Assembly (NCBI RefSeq): GCF_900167395.1
Contig: NZ_FUWK01000013.1
Coordinates: forward strand, 1 to 32,000
From: Nitrosomonas europaea
Lineage (GTDB): Bacteria; Pseudomonadota; Gammaproteobacteria; Burkholderiales; Nitrosomonadaceae
DNA length: 32,000 nucleotides
Direction of reading: 5' to 3'
Within the stretch, counting starts at the first letter, position 1. Every line of letters starts with the position of its first letter. The notes below the pieces were generated by a model. The model ran no database searches. It was not told the DNA's origin and worked only from the letters and a program-made list of their open reading frames with translations. The translations under genes were made by a program, and so were the position numbers. Shown here one piece after another: positions 8,495-18,341 of this stretch.

Positions 8495-10879
8495 TCATAT
8501 CTCATGGGCCAGCCTGTTTGCCAGCGGCCGGAATTGCAGATGATAGAACATGTTGAGGTAGCGATCCGTTTCTTCCCGTTCGAGCCCGCTGACGAATTTC
8601 CAGAATCCGTAGATGCGCGATAGCGTCATCATACGTTCAGCATACAGCTTCCAGGTGTAGCGGCTGGCGACACGGTCGAGTGCACCTTGTGAAATACGTT
8701 CCCATTCCTGCGGGTTTTCCAGATTCTTTTCAAAAAAATCAGCGATCAGATCAGCCGTGGCAGCCCCCTGGTTGGGATCGATATGGAAGCCGGAACGGTT
8801 GTTCTGGATGATTTCCAGCGGGCCACCGTAGCGGGTGGCGAAAGTGGGCAGGCCGGATGCCATGGCCTCGATGATGGTCAGGCCGAATGCTTCGAACAGG
8901 GCTGGTTGTACGAATATGCCGCGTTTATCGGCAATGTAGCGGTAGAGTTCTCCTGCCAGGTTTTTGTCGAGGCGCATGCCCAGCCAGCGCACCTGCTGAT
9001 CGAGCTCGTGTTCATCCATCAGTTGATGCATTCGATGAATCTGTTCCTGTTCTTCATGGTCACTAGAATGTTGCGGATCGATTTTGCCGCCGACGATGAC
9101 CAGATTGGCGAGCGAACGCAAACGTGGTGAAGCGGCATACAGTTCCACCAGGCCGGTAATGTTTTTGATCCGATCCAGGCGCGCCATGGTAAAAATCAGA
9201 GGTTTGTCCGGATCCTGAAGATATCCGCGGGCCGGGAGGTTGGTCGCATCATCAAAGATCAGGGATTCGATTTCCGGTATCAGGCTGTGCAGGCGCCTGT
9301 TCGGGTCGGAGTAGGGGAAATAGATATCCGCATTTGCTCCTGGAGAAACGATATTGAATTTCGGATCGAACAAGTCGATGCCATGGATTACCCGGTAAAG
9401 GTCGGGCATGGAAAAAGCCTGGTAACTCTCATACTGGCCTTCTGCTTCCCGTGTTCCGGCAATTTCCTGATATGTGCTGGTGACGATGAAATCGGCGGAA
9501 TTCATTGCCAGCAGATCTGCCGTGTACTGGCAGGAGAAATGATATTTGTCCTCGTTTTCCTGCCAGTAGATATCCGAATGCAGGTATTTGGTTTTTTCGA
9601 GTGCATGCGCGATATTGCATTGGGTGACGCCCAATCTTCTGCTGAGCAGGGTGGCTACCAGATTACCATCCGAATAGTTGCCGATGATCAGGTCAGGATG
9701 TCCGCCCAGTTCCGCCAGTGCTTCCCGTTCGACATCACCGGCAAAAATTTCGAGATGAGGCCATATTTCAAAGCGCGAAATCCAGTGAGGAATGATCTCT
9801 CCGTTGTGCTTGCGAAACGGAACACGCAGAATCCAGGTATTGGTACAGCCGCTGACTTTTTCCAGCCGCTGGTTACAGGTGGTATCGCCTGCATCGGGTA
9901 TCAGGCGGGTGACGATCAGTATTTTCGGCTCGACCTGCACTCCCTGTAATTGCAATCGGTCGTGCATTTCCTTTTCCAGTGCGCGCACCTGGTCGAGAAT
10001 ATAAACGACCTGGCCGCCGGTATCGGGCAGCCCGAGCACGTTATCCTGACCGAAATAGCCGTGAGGAGAAAGAATCAGCAAGCGGGAGATCATGGGAATA
10101 CATGCCAGGAATTCTTCCAGTGCGGAAGGAGAGGGGGCTTCGAGGATGTCCATCAGCATATTCATGGTTTCAGCCACCCGGTTGGCGTTATGTCCCCAGC
10201 CGGGCGCGAAACCGAGCTGATTCATTTTCGGGGCCAGCTCGATCCATGGTGTCGTTCCGTCCAGTGTTTCCAGCATTTCCAGCGCTTGTCGCAACTGGTT
10301 GCGCACGGCATGAATATCGTGAGAATTGTTGCTGAACATCAGTTGCTGACCCTCGATGGCGTGTACTCCCAGGAAATGCAGCAAACTGGTATGGCCTGCC
10401 TCGATGCGGGAAAACATTTCACTGGACAGCTTGCGATTGAGGAAAATGACACCTTGCCCGATCGAGCGGGATTCCTTCAATCTGGGAAATCCACGGTTGA
10501 ATGGTCCGAAATCGACTTCGAGCACCGATTCGGTTGCTTCACCCTTGACCACGGTTTCCTTGAATTTCAGAAATTCACTGATGGTTAATTTTTCCGGAAT
10601 GAGGTGTTCCTGATGAATCCGCATGAACTCCCATTTGGCAATTTCGGGCCGCAGCGCCAGATAGGCCCAGGGAGAGCTGAAGATCCCTTCCTGCAGGCGG
10701 AATACGAATGCGCGGAGCATGTCGGACTGGCCGCAATCCTGTTCCGTTTGCAGCAATCCCTCCCGCAGATCGGATTGCAGAAGCAGGGTGCGATTTGCCG
10801 TGAAATAACGTCGTAACAGGGTGTAGACGGCATCTCTGTTCTGCTGGGTACAGGTGGCGAGTGTGTCAATCGTGGTCAT
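8495..10879 (-). CDS. Sucrose synthase (GT4 family, plant / cyanobacterial type)
   Basis: 794 aa with both the N-terminal SuSy-specific domains and the GT-B core: [69 protein letters not shown]. From memory the sequence closely resembles the structurally characterised Nitrosomonas europaea enzyme; I did not verify this by search. Confidence 0.92.
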   Translation of the reverse strand: MTTIDTLATCTQQNRDAVYTLLRRYFTANRTLLLQSDLREGLLQTEQDCGQSDMLRAFVFRLQEGIFSSPWAYLALRPEIAKWEFMRIHQEHLIPEKLTISEFLKFKETVVKGEATESVLEVDFGPFNRGFPRLKESRSIGQGVIFLNRKLSSEMFSRIEAGHTSLLHFLGVHAIEGQQLMFSNNSHDIHAVRNQLRQALEMLETLDGTTPWIELAPKMNQLGFAPGWGHNANRVAETMNMLMDILEAPSPSALEEFLACIPMISRLLILSPHGYFGQDNVLGLPDTGGQVVYILDQVRALEKEMHDRLQLQGVQVEPKILIVTRLIPDAGDTTCNQRLEKVSGCTNTWILRVPFRKHNGEIIPHWISRFEIWPHLEIFAGDVEREALAELGGHPDLIIGNYSDGNLVATLLSRRLGVTQCNIAHALEKTKYLHSDIYWQENEDKYHFSCQYTADLLAMNSADFIVTSTYQEIAGTREAEGQYESYQAFSMPDLYRVIHGIDLFDPKFNIVSPGANADIYFPYSDPNRRLHSLIPEIESLIFDDATNLPARGYLQDPDKPLIFTMARLDRIKNITGLVELYAASPRLRSLANLVIVGGKIDPQHSSDHEEQEQIHRMHQLMDEHELDQQVRWLGMRLDKNLAGELYRYIADKRGIFVQPALFEAFGLTIIEAMASGLPTFATRYGGPLEIIQNNRSGFHIDPNQGAATADLIADFFEKNLENPQEWERISQGALDRVASRYTWKLYAERMMTLSRIYGFWKFVSGLEREETDRYLNMFYHLQFRPLANRLAHEI

Positions 10880-10948
10880 GTCGGATACCTCCGGTATAAC
10901 GGTTGCAGTACTGCCTCATAGGGTGCAGCAGGTACAATCAATGTATGA

Positions 10949-13090
10949 TCATTGGTCGAAGTGGTAGTGTTTCATCCCTTCGAGTATGCCCAGTGCATAG
11001 GTGTTTTTCGCAAAATAGATCTGTTCCCGGTCCCGCAGTGATTCCAGCTCAGGGCTGTGATTTCCTACTACCACTCCCAGCGTATCGCCTACCAGCATTT
11101 CTTCATCATTACCCGAATCCCCGGCGATCAGAAAACTTTGCAGCGGCAGTCCCCATTTATAAGCGAGATAACGTACTGCCAGCCCTTTGGAAGCGCGCAC
11201 CGGCAGCACATCCAGAAATGCTTCATGTGAGTAGATCAGTTTTGCATGCAGATTCTGTTTGTGCAGATGCTGATAAAGCTGTTTGAGTGGGGGCATTCGT
11301 TCAGGTGTGACCAGATAACTCAGCTTGAATTCACGTTGATTTTCCGGGGCCTGGAGTGCCAGTCCGGGTATTTCTTTCAGTGCTTCAGCCAGTGCTTCCC
11401 GTCGCCACCGGTGGCGGATGTGATTACTCCAGCCTTTATCCGGTCGCAGTGATGGCCAGTAGTTGATTTCGCTGCCGACCGAGGTGATCAGGATATCGGG
11501 CATCGGTACGCGCCATTTTTTAAGGATTCTGACTGCACTTTCGACGGTTCTTCCGGTGGCAATACCGAATGAGATATTTCCGGCATGCATGCGCAACCAT
11601 TGCAGAAATTCAGCCAGTCCCTGTTCATCTCCAAGCAGGGTATTGTCGATGTCGCTGATGATCACTTTACGCGCCAGCGGCATGGGTGACCGGCCTGCAT
11701 GCAGAGTGGCTGCGAGCTGACGGCGCAGACGTTTGCGTTCCCGGTAGAGCAGTTTGTCGGCTTCCCTGAGGTATTTGCTGACATGTGCATCCCAGGTGTA
11801 ATGGCGCCTGACGCTGGCAATTCCGTTTCTGGACCAGTTGCGCCAGCGTTTTCTGTCGGACAGAGCATCCTTCAGAGCGCTGGCGATATCGGAAGGGTTC
11901 AGCGTATTGACAAGCAATCCATTGCGGCAATTGGTGATGATGTCACGCGGACCGCCATCTTCCGGAGCAATGATCGGCAGGCCACTGGCGGCGGCTTCGA
12001 TCAGGGTGAGCCCGAAGGGTTCGGTCAGGGCCGAGTTGACGAATATGCCGCGCCTGCGTACCGCCAGGCGGTACACTTCCGGTACATCTTCCACCATGAA
12101 ATGTTTGGGAATCGCTATTTTTCCCCACAGATCATAGCGGTCGATATCGAGCAGTACATCGTTCATGATCTTGCGCTGCGATTCTTCCATCGCACGGATA
12201 TCTTCGCGTGAGCCGGCGATGATCACCAGGTTGGCCATATCCTGCAGTGACGGGTCCGAGCCGTATGCCTGAATCAGTCCATGAAGATTTTTGCGTGTGT
12301 CGGGCCGGCAGATGGTGAGAATCACCGGTTTCTCCGGCGTATTCAGGAACCGGTCGATACCGGCCTGTATCGCCGGATCGAGAGGTTTACGTCCAGGGGG
12401 CGAGAAGCGCGAGGTATCGGTCCCTGGTGGAATGACCTGACAGCGGCGCGGATCGGTATTTTTATACATACCGTACTGATCTTCGATTTCCTGCGAGGTA
12501 CTGGTGATGATCAGTGAGGCATGCACCAGTACCTCTTCTTCTGCAGCGATTCGCCGGGACAGGTTGAACTGTCGTTCGATGGCCTGTTCCTTGCGGCCGG
12601 AAGCAAGCAGGCGCGCCCGTTTGGGACGGCCGAGCGAGTGGCCGGTATGTATCTGCGGAATACCCAGCAGGTTGGACAGATGCTGGCCGACGTAACCGGC
12701 ATCGGCATAGTGGGTATGGATCAGATCGGGCAGGCGCCCCTGCTGGCGCAGATAGTGCAAACAGCGATCTACCATCTGATCCAGATGTGGCCACAACAGC
12801 TCCTTGCGCAGATATTTGCGAGGGCCGCAGGGTAACCGGACGATACGGGCATTCGGCCCGAGTTCTTCGATTTCAGCTGCATAATCGGGTGAGATGTTGG
12901 GATCCTCGATCTGGCGGGTCAGCAGATCGATCTGGGCGATATGACTGTTGCGGCCCAGCGCACGTGCCAGTTCAACGACATAGGTGATCTGTCCGCCCGT
13001 ATCCGCATCACGCCCCAGTTCCATGTCATGCCCGCGGACCAGGCCATGTACGCTCATCATCAAAATATAAAGTTTCTGATCTGTCATCAT
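10949..13090 (-). CDS. Sucrose-phosphate synthase with a C-terminal SPP-like HAD domain
   Basis: GT4 N-terminal half: MSVHGLVRGHDMELGRDADTGGQITYVVELARAL and SALTEPFGLTLIEAAASGLPIIA. C-terminal HAD half: SDIDNTL (nt 11639-11656), GIATGRT, a conserved Lys in RASKG, and GDSGNDEEM (GDSGND at nt 11105-11122). Confidence 0.9.
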   Translation of the reverse strand: MMTDQKLYILMMSVHGLVRGHDMELGRDADTGGQITYVVELARALGRNSHIAQIDLLTRQIEDPNISPDYAAEIEELGPNARIVRLPCGPRKYLRKELLWPHLDQMVDRCLHYLRQQGRLPDLIHTHYADAGYVGQHLSNLLGIPQIHTGHSLGRPKRARLLASGRKEQAIERQFNLSRRIAAEEEVLVHASLIITSTSQEIEDQYGMYKNTDPRRCQVIPPGTDTSRFSPPGRKPLDPAIQAGIDRFLNTPEKPVILTICRPDTRKNLHGLIQAYGSDPSLQDMANLVIIAGSREDIRAMEESQRKIMNDVLLDIDRYDLWGKIAIPKHFMVEDVPEVYRLAVRRRGIFVNSALTEPFGLTLIEAAASGLPIIAPEDGGPRDIITNCRNGLLVNTLNPSDIASALKDALSDRKRWRNWSRNGIASVRRHYTWDAHVSKYLREADKLLYRERKRLRRQLAATLHAGRSPMPLARKVIISDIDNTLLGDEQGLAEFLQWLRMHAGNISFGIATGRTVESAVRILKKWRVPMPDILITSVGSEINYWPSLRPDKGWSNHIRHRWRREALAEALKEIPGLALQAPENQREFKLSYLVTPERMPPLKQLYQHLHKQNLHAKLIYSHEAFLDVLPVRASKGLAVRYLAYKWGLPLQSFLIAGDSGNDEEMLVGDTLGVVVGNHSPELESLRDREQIYFAKNTYALGILEGMKHYHFDQ

Positions 13091-13097
13091 TCGGCAG

Positions 13098-14039
13098 TCA
13101 ATTGATCATCCCCCAGTCTTTGAGGAAGGGAGAATAAAATTCAGAGGATTCGGGAATGGCGCCACGAATACCGCACAGTGCTGCGGCAAACCGGTTGGCG
13201 CGCTCCAGTGTCAATGTCTCCGGCCAGCCCAGCAGCATGCCGAGAATGAATACGGCGGAAAATCCGTCTCCGGCACCAACGGTATCGATGACGGTGATAT
13301 CGGTGATACCGGGTGTTTCAGCTTCATTGCCGGACTGGTCGAGTAGCCATGCACCCTCGGCGCCACAGGTCACCAGCAGGGTGTGCAGTTGAAATTCTTC
13401 TATCAGGCGCGATGCGGTATCACGGGGGTCACGGGTGTGTAAATTCAGTAAACCGGGTAACTCGATCAACTCATCCTCATTGACTTTTACGTGATCGGCC
13501 CGGGTAAGCGAATAGCGTACGGTGTCCCGTGTGTACCAGGGTTTTCTCAGATTGATGTCCAGCAGGCGCGGGGTCTGTGGTGTATACCGGAATATCGTTT
13601 CCAGGGCGCTGCCGGACAAACGGCTGCGTTGTGCCAGTGTTCCGAAATACACCAGATCAGGTTCTATGGACGAAGCAGCGGTAGCAGCTGTCACCGGATC
13701 GATGAAGTCGTAGGCCTGGTTTTCGAGAATTTCAAACTGGTGTCCGTACCAGTTTTCACCGGGTTTGATCAATACCTGGCCGGTTGGATAGTGTGGATCA
13801 CTTTGAATGCCGGAGATAGTCATACCGGCATTACGCATCAGTCTGATCAGTTTCCGGTGGAGCTCATCGGTACCGGTACGTGTAATCAGCATGGGGTGCA
13901 GACCGAATGCCTGAAGATGGCAGCTTACATTCAGGGGAGCGCCCCCCATTACCGGGCCGTCAGGGAAAATATCGGCCAGTGCTTCGCCGAACAGAATGAC
14001 ATTTCGTTTTGTGAGCGTACTGTAAGAATCGATAGACAT
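13098..14039 (-). CDS. PfkB-family sugar kinase, probable fructokinase
   Basis: ILFGEALADIF...GGAPLNVSCHLQAFG near the N-terminus and DTVGAGDGFSAVFILG (the GAGD anion-hole motif) near the C-terminus. Its stop lies 7 nt upstream of the SPS start, so the context supports fructokinase. Confidence 0.8.
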   Translation of the reverse strand: MSIDSYSTLTKRNVILFGEALADIFPDGPVMGGAPLNVSCHLQAFGLHPMLITRTGTDELHRKLIRLMRNAGMTISGIQSDPHYPTGQVLIKPGENWYGHQFEILENQAYDFIDPVTAATAASSIEPDLVYFGTLAQRSRLSGSALETIFRYTPQTPRLLDINLRKPWYTRDTVRYSLTRADHVKVNEDELIELPGLLNLHTRDPRDTASRLIEEFQLHTLLVTCGAEGAWLLDQSGNEAETPGITDITVIDTVGAGDGFSAVFILGMLLGWPETLTLERANRFAAALCGIRGAIPESSEFYSPFLKDWGMIN

Positions 14040-14148
14040 GGTTACAGAGGTTCCTGCCGGTCATTGCTATTCATTGCATGGAGTATCATGGTAGCCGTCC
14101 GTATGAAGAAGGACCCGGGCGGTTGCAGAAAACGGGCAGAAAACAAGC

Positions 14149-14182
14149 GCCGGAAATTGCATTTCCGGCCGGGTGTTTTTTT
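14149..14182. terminator. GC-rich hairpin with flanking A/T tracts between the ABC operon and the sucrose cluster
   Basis: 9-bp perfect stem (14149-14157 pairs with 14161-14169) with a 3-nt loop. On the + strand it is followed by CGGGTG and then T7 (14176-14182). On the - strand, the transcribed strand of both neighbours, it is followed by GCTTGTTTTCTGCCCGTTTTCTG. It probably terminates the upstream ABC operon, but the better T-tract is on the non-coding orientation. Confidence 0.45.
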
Positions 14183-14288
14183 ATTCTGGCATGGATGGCG
14201 GATATGTGCAAAGAACTGTCAGAAAAAATGCATTTCCGGGAAGAAGGTAAAACTGATGATTTCACGCGATTGATATGCTGTTTTTATT

Positions 14289-15413
14289 TCACTGCAATCG
14301 GCTGCGGGCAAAGATCATGGCGATCGGCAGCATGGTAAAAGCAATGACTGCCAGAGGCCAGAGATTGGCAAGAACATCCCGGGGTGGAAGTGCTTTGAGA
14401 AAACAGCCTTCGATAATGATCAGAAAATGGGTGAGCGGAATGGCCTGGGCCAGCCATTGCAGCAGCAGCGGCATATTTTCCACCGGGGTGGCAAAGCCTG
14501 ATATCAGCACAGTCGGTACACCGATGACAAATCCGCCCAGGATGGCCTGCTGCTGAGTCATGCTGATGGCGGAAATCACCAGGCCGATACCCACTGCCGA
14601 CAGAATGAATAACACAAGCCCGATCAGCAGCAATCCGAATGAGCCTGTGAACGGGATCCGGAAAAACCAGATTGCCAGGGTAATCATCAGTAAAGCGAGC
14701 AGGGAGCTGATGACCAGTGCCGGCAATGATTTGGACAGGATGATCTCGAGCGTCGAAGCAGGTGATACCAGCAGTTGATCGAAAGTACCCAATTCACGTT
14801 CCCGGGCAATGGACAGCGCGGTGATCATGAGTGCGCTGAAAAAAGCGAGTGTGCCGGTCAGGCCGGGGACCATGAACCAGAGATAAACCAGATTGGGATT
14901 GAACCAGTGGCGCACGGTTACCGATGTTTCCGGTATCGGCGCGGTATCTGCCGTAAAGCGGATGTCTCTGGCGATGGAGGACAGATAACCCACGACGATC
15001 TGGCCGGAATTACTGCGCCGACCATCGACCAGTACCTGTGCGTGGCCACTCCCGCTGACCGCAACGGTGCGGGAAAAATCAGCAGGAATGGCAATCGCGG
15101 CGATTACCTTGCCCTGTACCAGCTGTTCACGCAATGCGGTATTGCTGTGGACATGGTGTACCTGCGCAATGAAGCGGGCGGCTTCCAGATGCCATACGAG
15201 TTCCTGCGCTGCACGCCCGGTATCCTGGTTGTATACGGCAATATCGAGATTGCGTACCTCCATGGTGGCAGCGTAGGAGAATATCAGGAGCTGCATCAGC
15301 GGGGGAACGAACACTACGACCCGGTTGCGCGGATCACGCAGAATACAGAGCAGCTCTTTGATGAACTGAGCGCGCAGGCGGATGAGCATGGTCCGGAAAT
15401 CATGATAAAACAT
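14289..15413 (-). CDS. ybhR: ABC-2 type transporter permease (YbhR-like)
   Basis: 374 aa. N-terminal cytoplasmic segment with ELLCILRDPRNRVVVFVPPLMQLLIFSYA, a large periplasmic loop, then five C-terminal TM segments. It is the last gene of the 4-gene operon. Confidence 0.8.
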   Translation of the reverse strand: MFYHDFRTMLIRLRAQFIKELLCILRDPRNRVVVFVPPLMQLLIFSYAATMEVRNLDIAVYNQDTGRAAQELVWHLEAARFIAQVHHVHSNTALREQLVQGKVIAAIAIPADFSRTVAVSGSGHAQVLVDGRRSNSGQIVVGYLSSIARDIRFTADTAPIPETSVTVRHWFNPNLVYLWFMVPGLTGTLAFFSALMITALSIARERELGTFDQLLVSPASTLEIILSKSLPALVISSLLALLMITLAIWFFRIPFTGSFGLLLIGLVLFILSAVGIGLVISAISMTQQQAILGGFVIGVPTVLISGFATPVENMPLLLQWLAQAIPLTHFLIIIEGCFLKALPPRDVLANLWPLAVIAFTMLPIAMIFARSRLQ

Positions 15414-15419
15414 CGTTCA

Positions 15420-16571
15420 TCACTCCAGACTTTTGCGTGTATAACGCTGCGCAATCAGAAAAAATATCAGGCCGATCGTTGCCATACCCAGCAGATCGGG
15501 CAGGAAAACGCTCCAGACATCTCCCGCCAGGAATATCGTTTTCAGCGAAGAGACGAAATAACGCGCCGGAATCAGCCAGGTGATCGCCCGGATGAGCGCG
15601 GGCATGGCATCGATTTCGAACAGGAAGCCCGATAGCATGAACGCGGGCAGATAGCCGGAAAACAAAGCCAGCTGTGAGGCGAGGAACTGGTTGCGTGCCA
15701 GTGATGAAATCAGCAGCCCCTGGCCCAGTGCCGGCATCATGAATACCGCGGAAAGCACCAGCAGTGCGAACAGTGAACCGCGTAACGGCACATTGAACAG
15801 GAACACGGCCAGCGCTGCCGCGATCAGGGTGGACAGCATCCCCAGCACGAAATACGGCAGCAGCTTGCCGACCAGAATCTCCAGTACCGATGCCGGCGTG
15901 GACAGAATCGCTTCCATAGTGCCGCGTTCCCATTCACGCGCTACGACCAGTGCAGTCAGCAAGGTGCCGATAATGGTCATAATGATGGCAATGGCGCCTG
16001 GTACCAGCGCACGTCGACTGGCCAGCTCGGGGTTGAACCAGTAACGCGGTTCCAGCTGGACAGCCGGCATCGGCATGGTTTCAGTGAGACTGGCCATCCA
16101 GGTCTGCACGACACCTTGGGCATAGTTGGCTACGAAATTGGCCGTGTTGGGTTGCGAACCATCGGTGATGATCTGTACCAGCGGACTGCCCGTATCTGCG
16201 AAGTGGCGTTCAAAATTCTGTGGGATCACTACATAACCGCGCAGCTCGCCGGCAATGAGTTTCCCGGCGACTTCGCGACGATCGTAGGCAAAAGTTACGT
16301 CCAGATAGTGCGTGCCGGAAAAAGCATCCGCCAGTGTTCGGGCTGTTGCTCCGGGGGATTCCAGAACGACACCGATGCGCACGTGGCGTACATCCAGCGA
16401 TACGGCGTAGGCAAACAGGAACAGCAGAATCAGCGGCAGAACCAGAGCAATCAGCAGTGTGGACGGATCCCGCATTGCCTGCAGGCTTTCCTTGCGTACC
16501 AGTGCGACGAAGCGTGCCGGATCAAAGCGGCGCACGACGATGCTTTTTTCCTGGCCGGATGCGCTTTTCAT
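15420..16571 (-). CDS. ybhS: ABC-2 type transporter permease (YbhS-like)
   Basis: 383 aa with the same architecture (KESLQAMRDPSTLLIALVLPLILLFLFAYA...). Its start overlaps the ATPase stop (ATGA overlap at 16568-16571). Confidence 0.8.
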   Translation of the reverse strand: MKSASGQEKSIVVRRFDPARFVALVRKESLQAMRDPSTLLIALVLPLILLFLFAYAVSLDVRHVRIGVVLESPGATARTLADAFSGTHYLDVTFAYDRREVAGKLIAGELRGYVVIPQNFERHFADTGSPLVQIITDGSQPNTANFVANYAQGVVQTWMASLTETMPMPAVQLEPRYWFNPELASRRALVPGAIAIIMTIIGTLLTALVVAREWERGTMEAILSTPASVLEILVGKLLPYFVLGMLSTLIAAALAVFLFNVPLRGSLFALLVLSAVFMMPALGQGLLISSLARNQFLASQLALFSGYLPAFMLSGFLFEIDAMPALIRAITWLIPARYFVSSLKTIFLAGDVWSVFLPDLLGMATIGLIFFLIAQRYTRKSLE

Positions 16572-18340
16572 ATTTTTACTTCATCGGTGAGCGCCGAAGT
16601 TTCCACCAGATGAATGAAGGCATCTTCCATGGTCGGATCCGGTCGATCAGCGCTGGCTGCATCACGCTTGAGTACGTCGGGGGTATCCAGGGCAATCAGA
16701 CGGGCACGGTAAAGCATCGCCACGCGGTCACAATACTCGGCTTCATCCATGAAGTGGGTCGTGACCATGATCGTCACCCCTTTGCGCGCCAGGCCGTTGA
16801 TATGTGTCCAGAATTCGCGCCGCGTGATCGGATCGACGCCCGAGGTCGGCTCATCCAGAAACAGCACCGGGGGATGGTGCATCAGCGCACAAGCCAGTGC
16901 CAGACGCTGTTTATGCCCCAGCGGCAGAGAATCGGGTGCGGCGGACAGCCAGTCATGCAGATCAAAAATTCTGATCATCTCTTCGATGCGTTCGCGCTGC
17001 GTGGTGCTGTCCAGCCCGTAGACACCGGCTGAGAATTCCAGGTTCTGACGTACCGAGAGCAGGCCGTAGAGAGAAAACTTCTGTGCCATGTAACCCAGTT
17101 GTGCTTTCGCGATACCGGGCGCCCGGCGCAAATCCAGGCCGACTACGTGCGCTTCACCGCCGGTAGGTTTGAGTAACCCGCACAACATTTTGAAAGTGGT
17201 CGATTTGCCGGCGCCATTAGGGCCGAGCAATCCGAAAATTTCACCTTTATGCACCTTGAAACTGACATTATCGGTCGCAATGAAATCACCGAAACGTTTG
17301 GTCAGGTTGTGGCAGGAAACCGCGATATCCGAAGTCAGTTCAACGGGCGACAGACGCTCAGCCAGTGCCGATGTACCACCCGGGCCACCGCCCAGCAGAT
17401 CGATGAAGGCATCTTCGAAACGGGCCGGGACCGGTGTTAGACGCGCGCCAACCCTGCCGGCAAGTGCCTGGATTTTCTCCGGCCCCGCACCGGCACGCAA
17501 TACGACACGTACCCCGGCACCCTGAATCACGCCATCGCCGATCGTATCCAGGTCCAGTGCTTCAGCCAGCACCGCCCGGCGCTGGGCACCGACAGCTTCC
17601 AGGCGGAAGCTGCGACCCTTGAGGCGTCCGGTCAGTTCACCAGGTGGACCGGCAAAAGCGAGCCGGCCTTCGTTGAGCAACAGTACGCTGTCGCAACGTT
17701 CGGCTTCATCGAGATAAGCAGTAGACCAGACGACAGCCATGCCTTCGCCCGTCAATGCCTGCACCATGCGCCACAGATCCTGACGGCTGACCGGATCGAC
17801 ACCAACACTCGGCTCATCCAGCAGCAGCACCCTGGGTCGCGCCATCAGGGCGCAGGCCAGGCCCAGTTTCTGTTTCATGCCGCCGGAGAGTTTTCCGGCC
17901 AGGCGTCCGGTGAAGGGTGCAAGGCGGGTGAAATCGAGTAGTTTGGTAAACAGATCAATATGCCGGCCGGCATCCATGCCGCGCAGTTGTGCATACAGAT
18001 GCATGTTTTCCATCACGGTCAGATCTTCATATAAACCGAAGCGCTGAGGCATATAGCCGCTTACCACGTGAATGGCATCGTTATTTGCTACCACATCGAA
18101 TCCGGCTAGGGTGGCGTGGCCGGCATCCGGCACCAGCAGGCCGGTCAGGATACGCATCAGGGTAGTCTTGCCGGCACCGTCCGGGCCGACCAGACCGGTC
18201 AGGCGGCCGTAATGAATCTCTGCGCTGAGGTCGCGCAGGGCATGCACATTGCCGAAATGCTTGTCGACATGGTCGATGATAATGGCGGTATCGTCATGCT
18301 CAGCAGCTGAAGAGGGCGGCAAAGCAGCCACGGGATACAT
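16568..18340 (-). CDS. ybhF: ABC transporter ATP-binding protein with two fused ATPase cassettes (YbhF-like)
   Basis: Two Walker A sites (GPDGAGKTT, GPNGAGKST), two signature motifs (LSGGMKQKL, and a degenerate LPLGHKQRL), and two Walker B sites (LLLDEPSVGVD, LFLDEPTSGVD). 590 aa. Confidence 0.9.
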   Translation of the reverse strand: MYPVAALPPSSAAEHDDTAIIIDHVDKHFGNVHALRDLSAEIHYGRLTGLVGPDGAGKTTLMRILTGLLVPDAGHATLAGFDVVANNDAIHVVSGYMPQRFGLYEDLTVMENMHLYAQLRGMDAGRHIDLFTKLLDFTRLAPFTGRLAGKLSGGMKQKLGLACALMARPRVLLLDEPSVGVDPVSRQDLWRMVQALTGEGMAVVWSTAYLDEAERCDSVLLLNEGRLAFAGPPGELTGRLKGRSFRLEAVGAQRRAVLAEALDLDTIGDGVIQGAGVRVVLRAGAGPEKIQALAGRVGARLTPVPARFEDAFIDLLGGGPGGTSALAERLSPVELTSDIAVSCHNLTKRFGDFIATDNVSFKVHKGEIFGLLGPNGAGKSTTFKMLCGLLKPTGGEAHVVGLDLRRAPGIAKAQLGYMAQKFSLYGLLSVRQNLEFSAGVYGLDSTTQRERIEEMIRIFDLHDWLSAAPDSLPLGHKQRLALACALMHHPPVLFLDEPTSGVDPITRREFWTHINGLARKGVTIMVTTHFMDEAEYCDRVAMLYRARLIALDTPDVLKRDAASADRPDPTMEDAFIHLVETSALTDEVKI

Positions 18341-18341
18341 A

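Noticed and set aside
9287-10588. Long plus-strand ORFs of 220 and 212 aa antisense to sucrose synthase. Similar antisense ORFs occur at 6171-6929, 11699-12211, 13491-14273, 14775-15635 and 16334-17032.
   Set aside because: Each lies wholly inside a confidently identified gene on the other strand. The translations are low-complexity and Arg/Gly/Cys-rich with no recognisable motifs. Long antisense ORFs are expected in GC-richer coding DNA.
14158-14239. The 11-mer TGCATTTCCGG is repeated at 14158-14168 (inside the terminator hairpin) and at 14229-14239.
   Set aside because: The second copy has no complementary arm. It most likely reflects a small local duplication or chance, with no functional reading.
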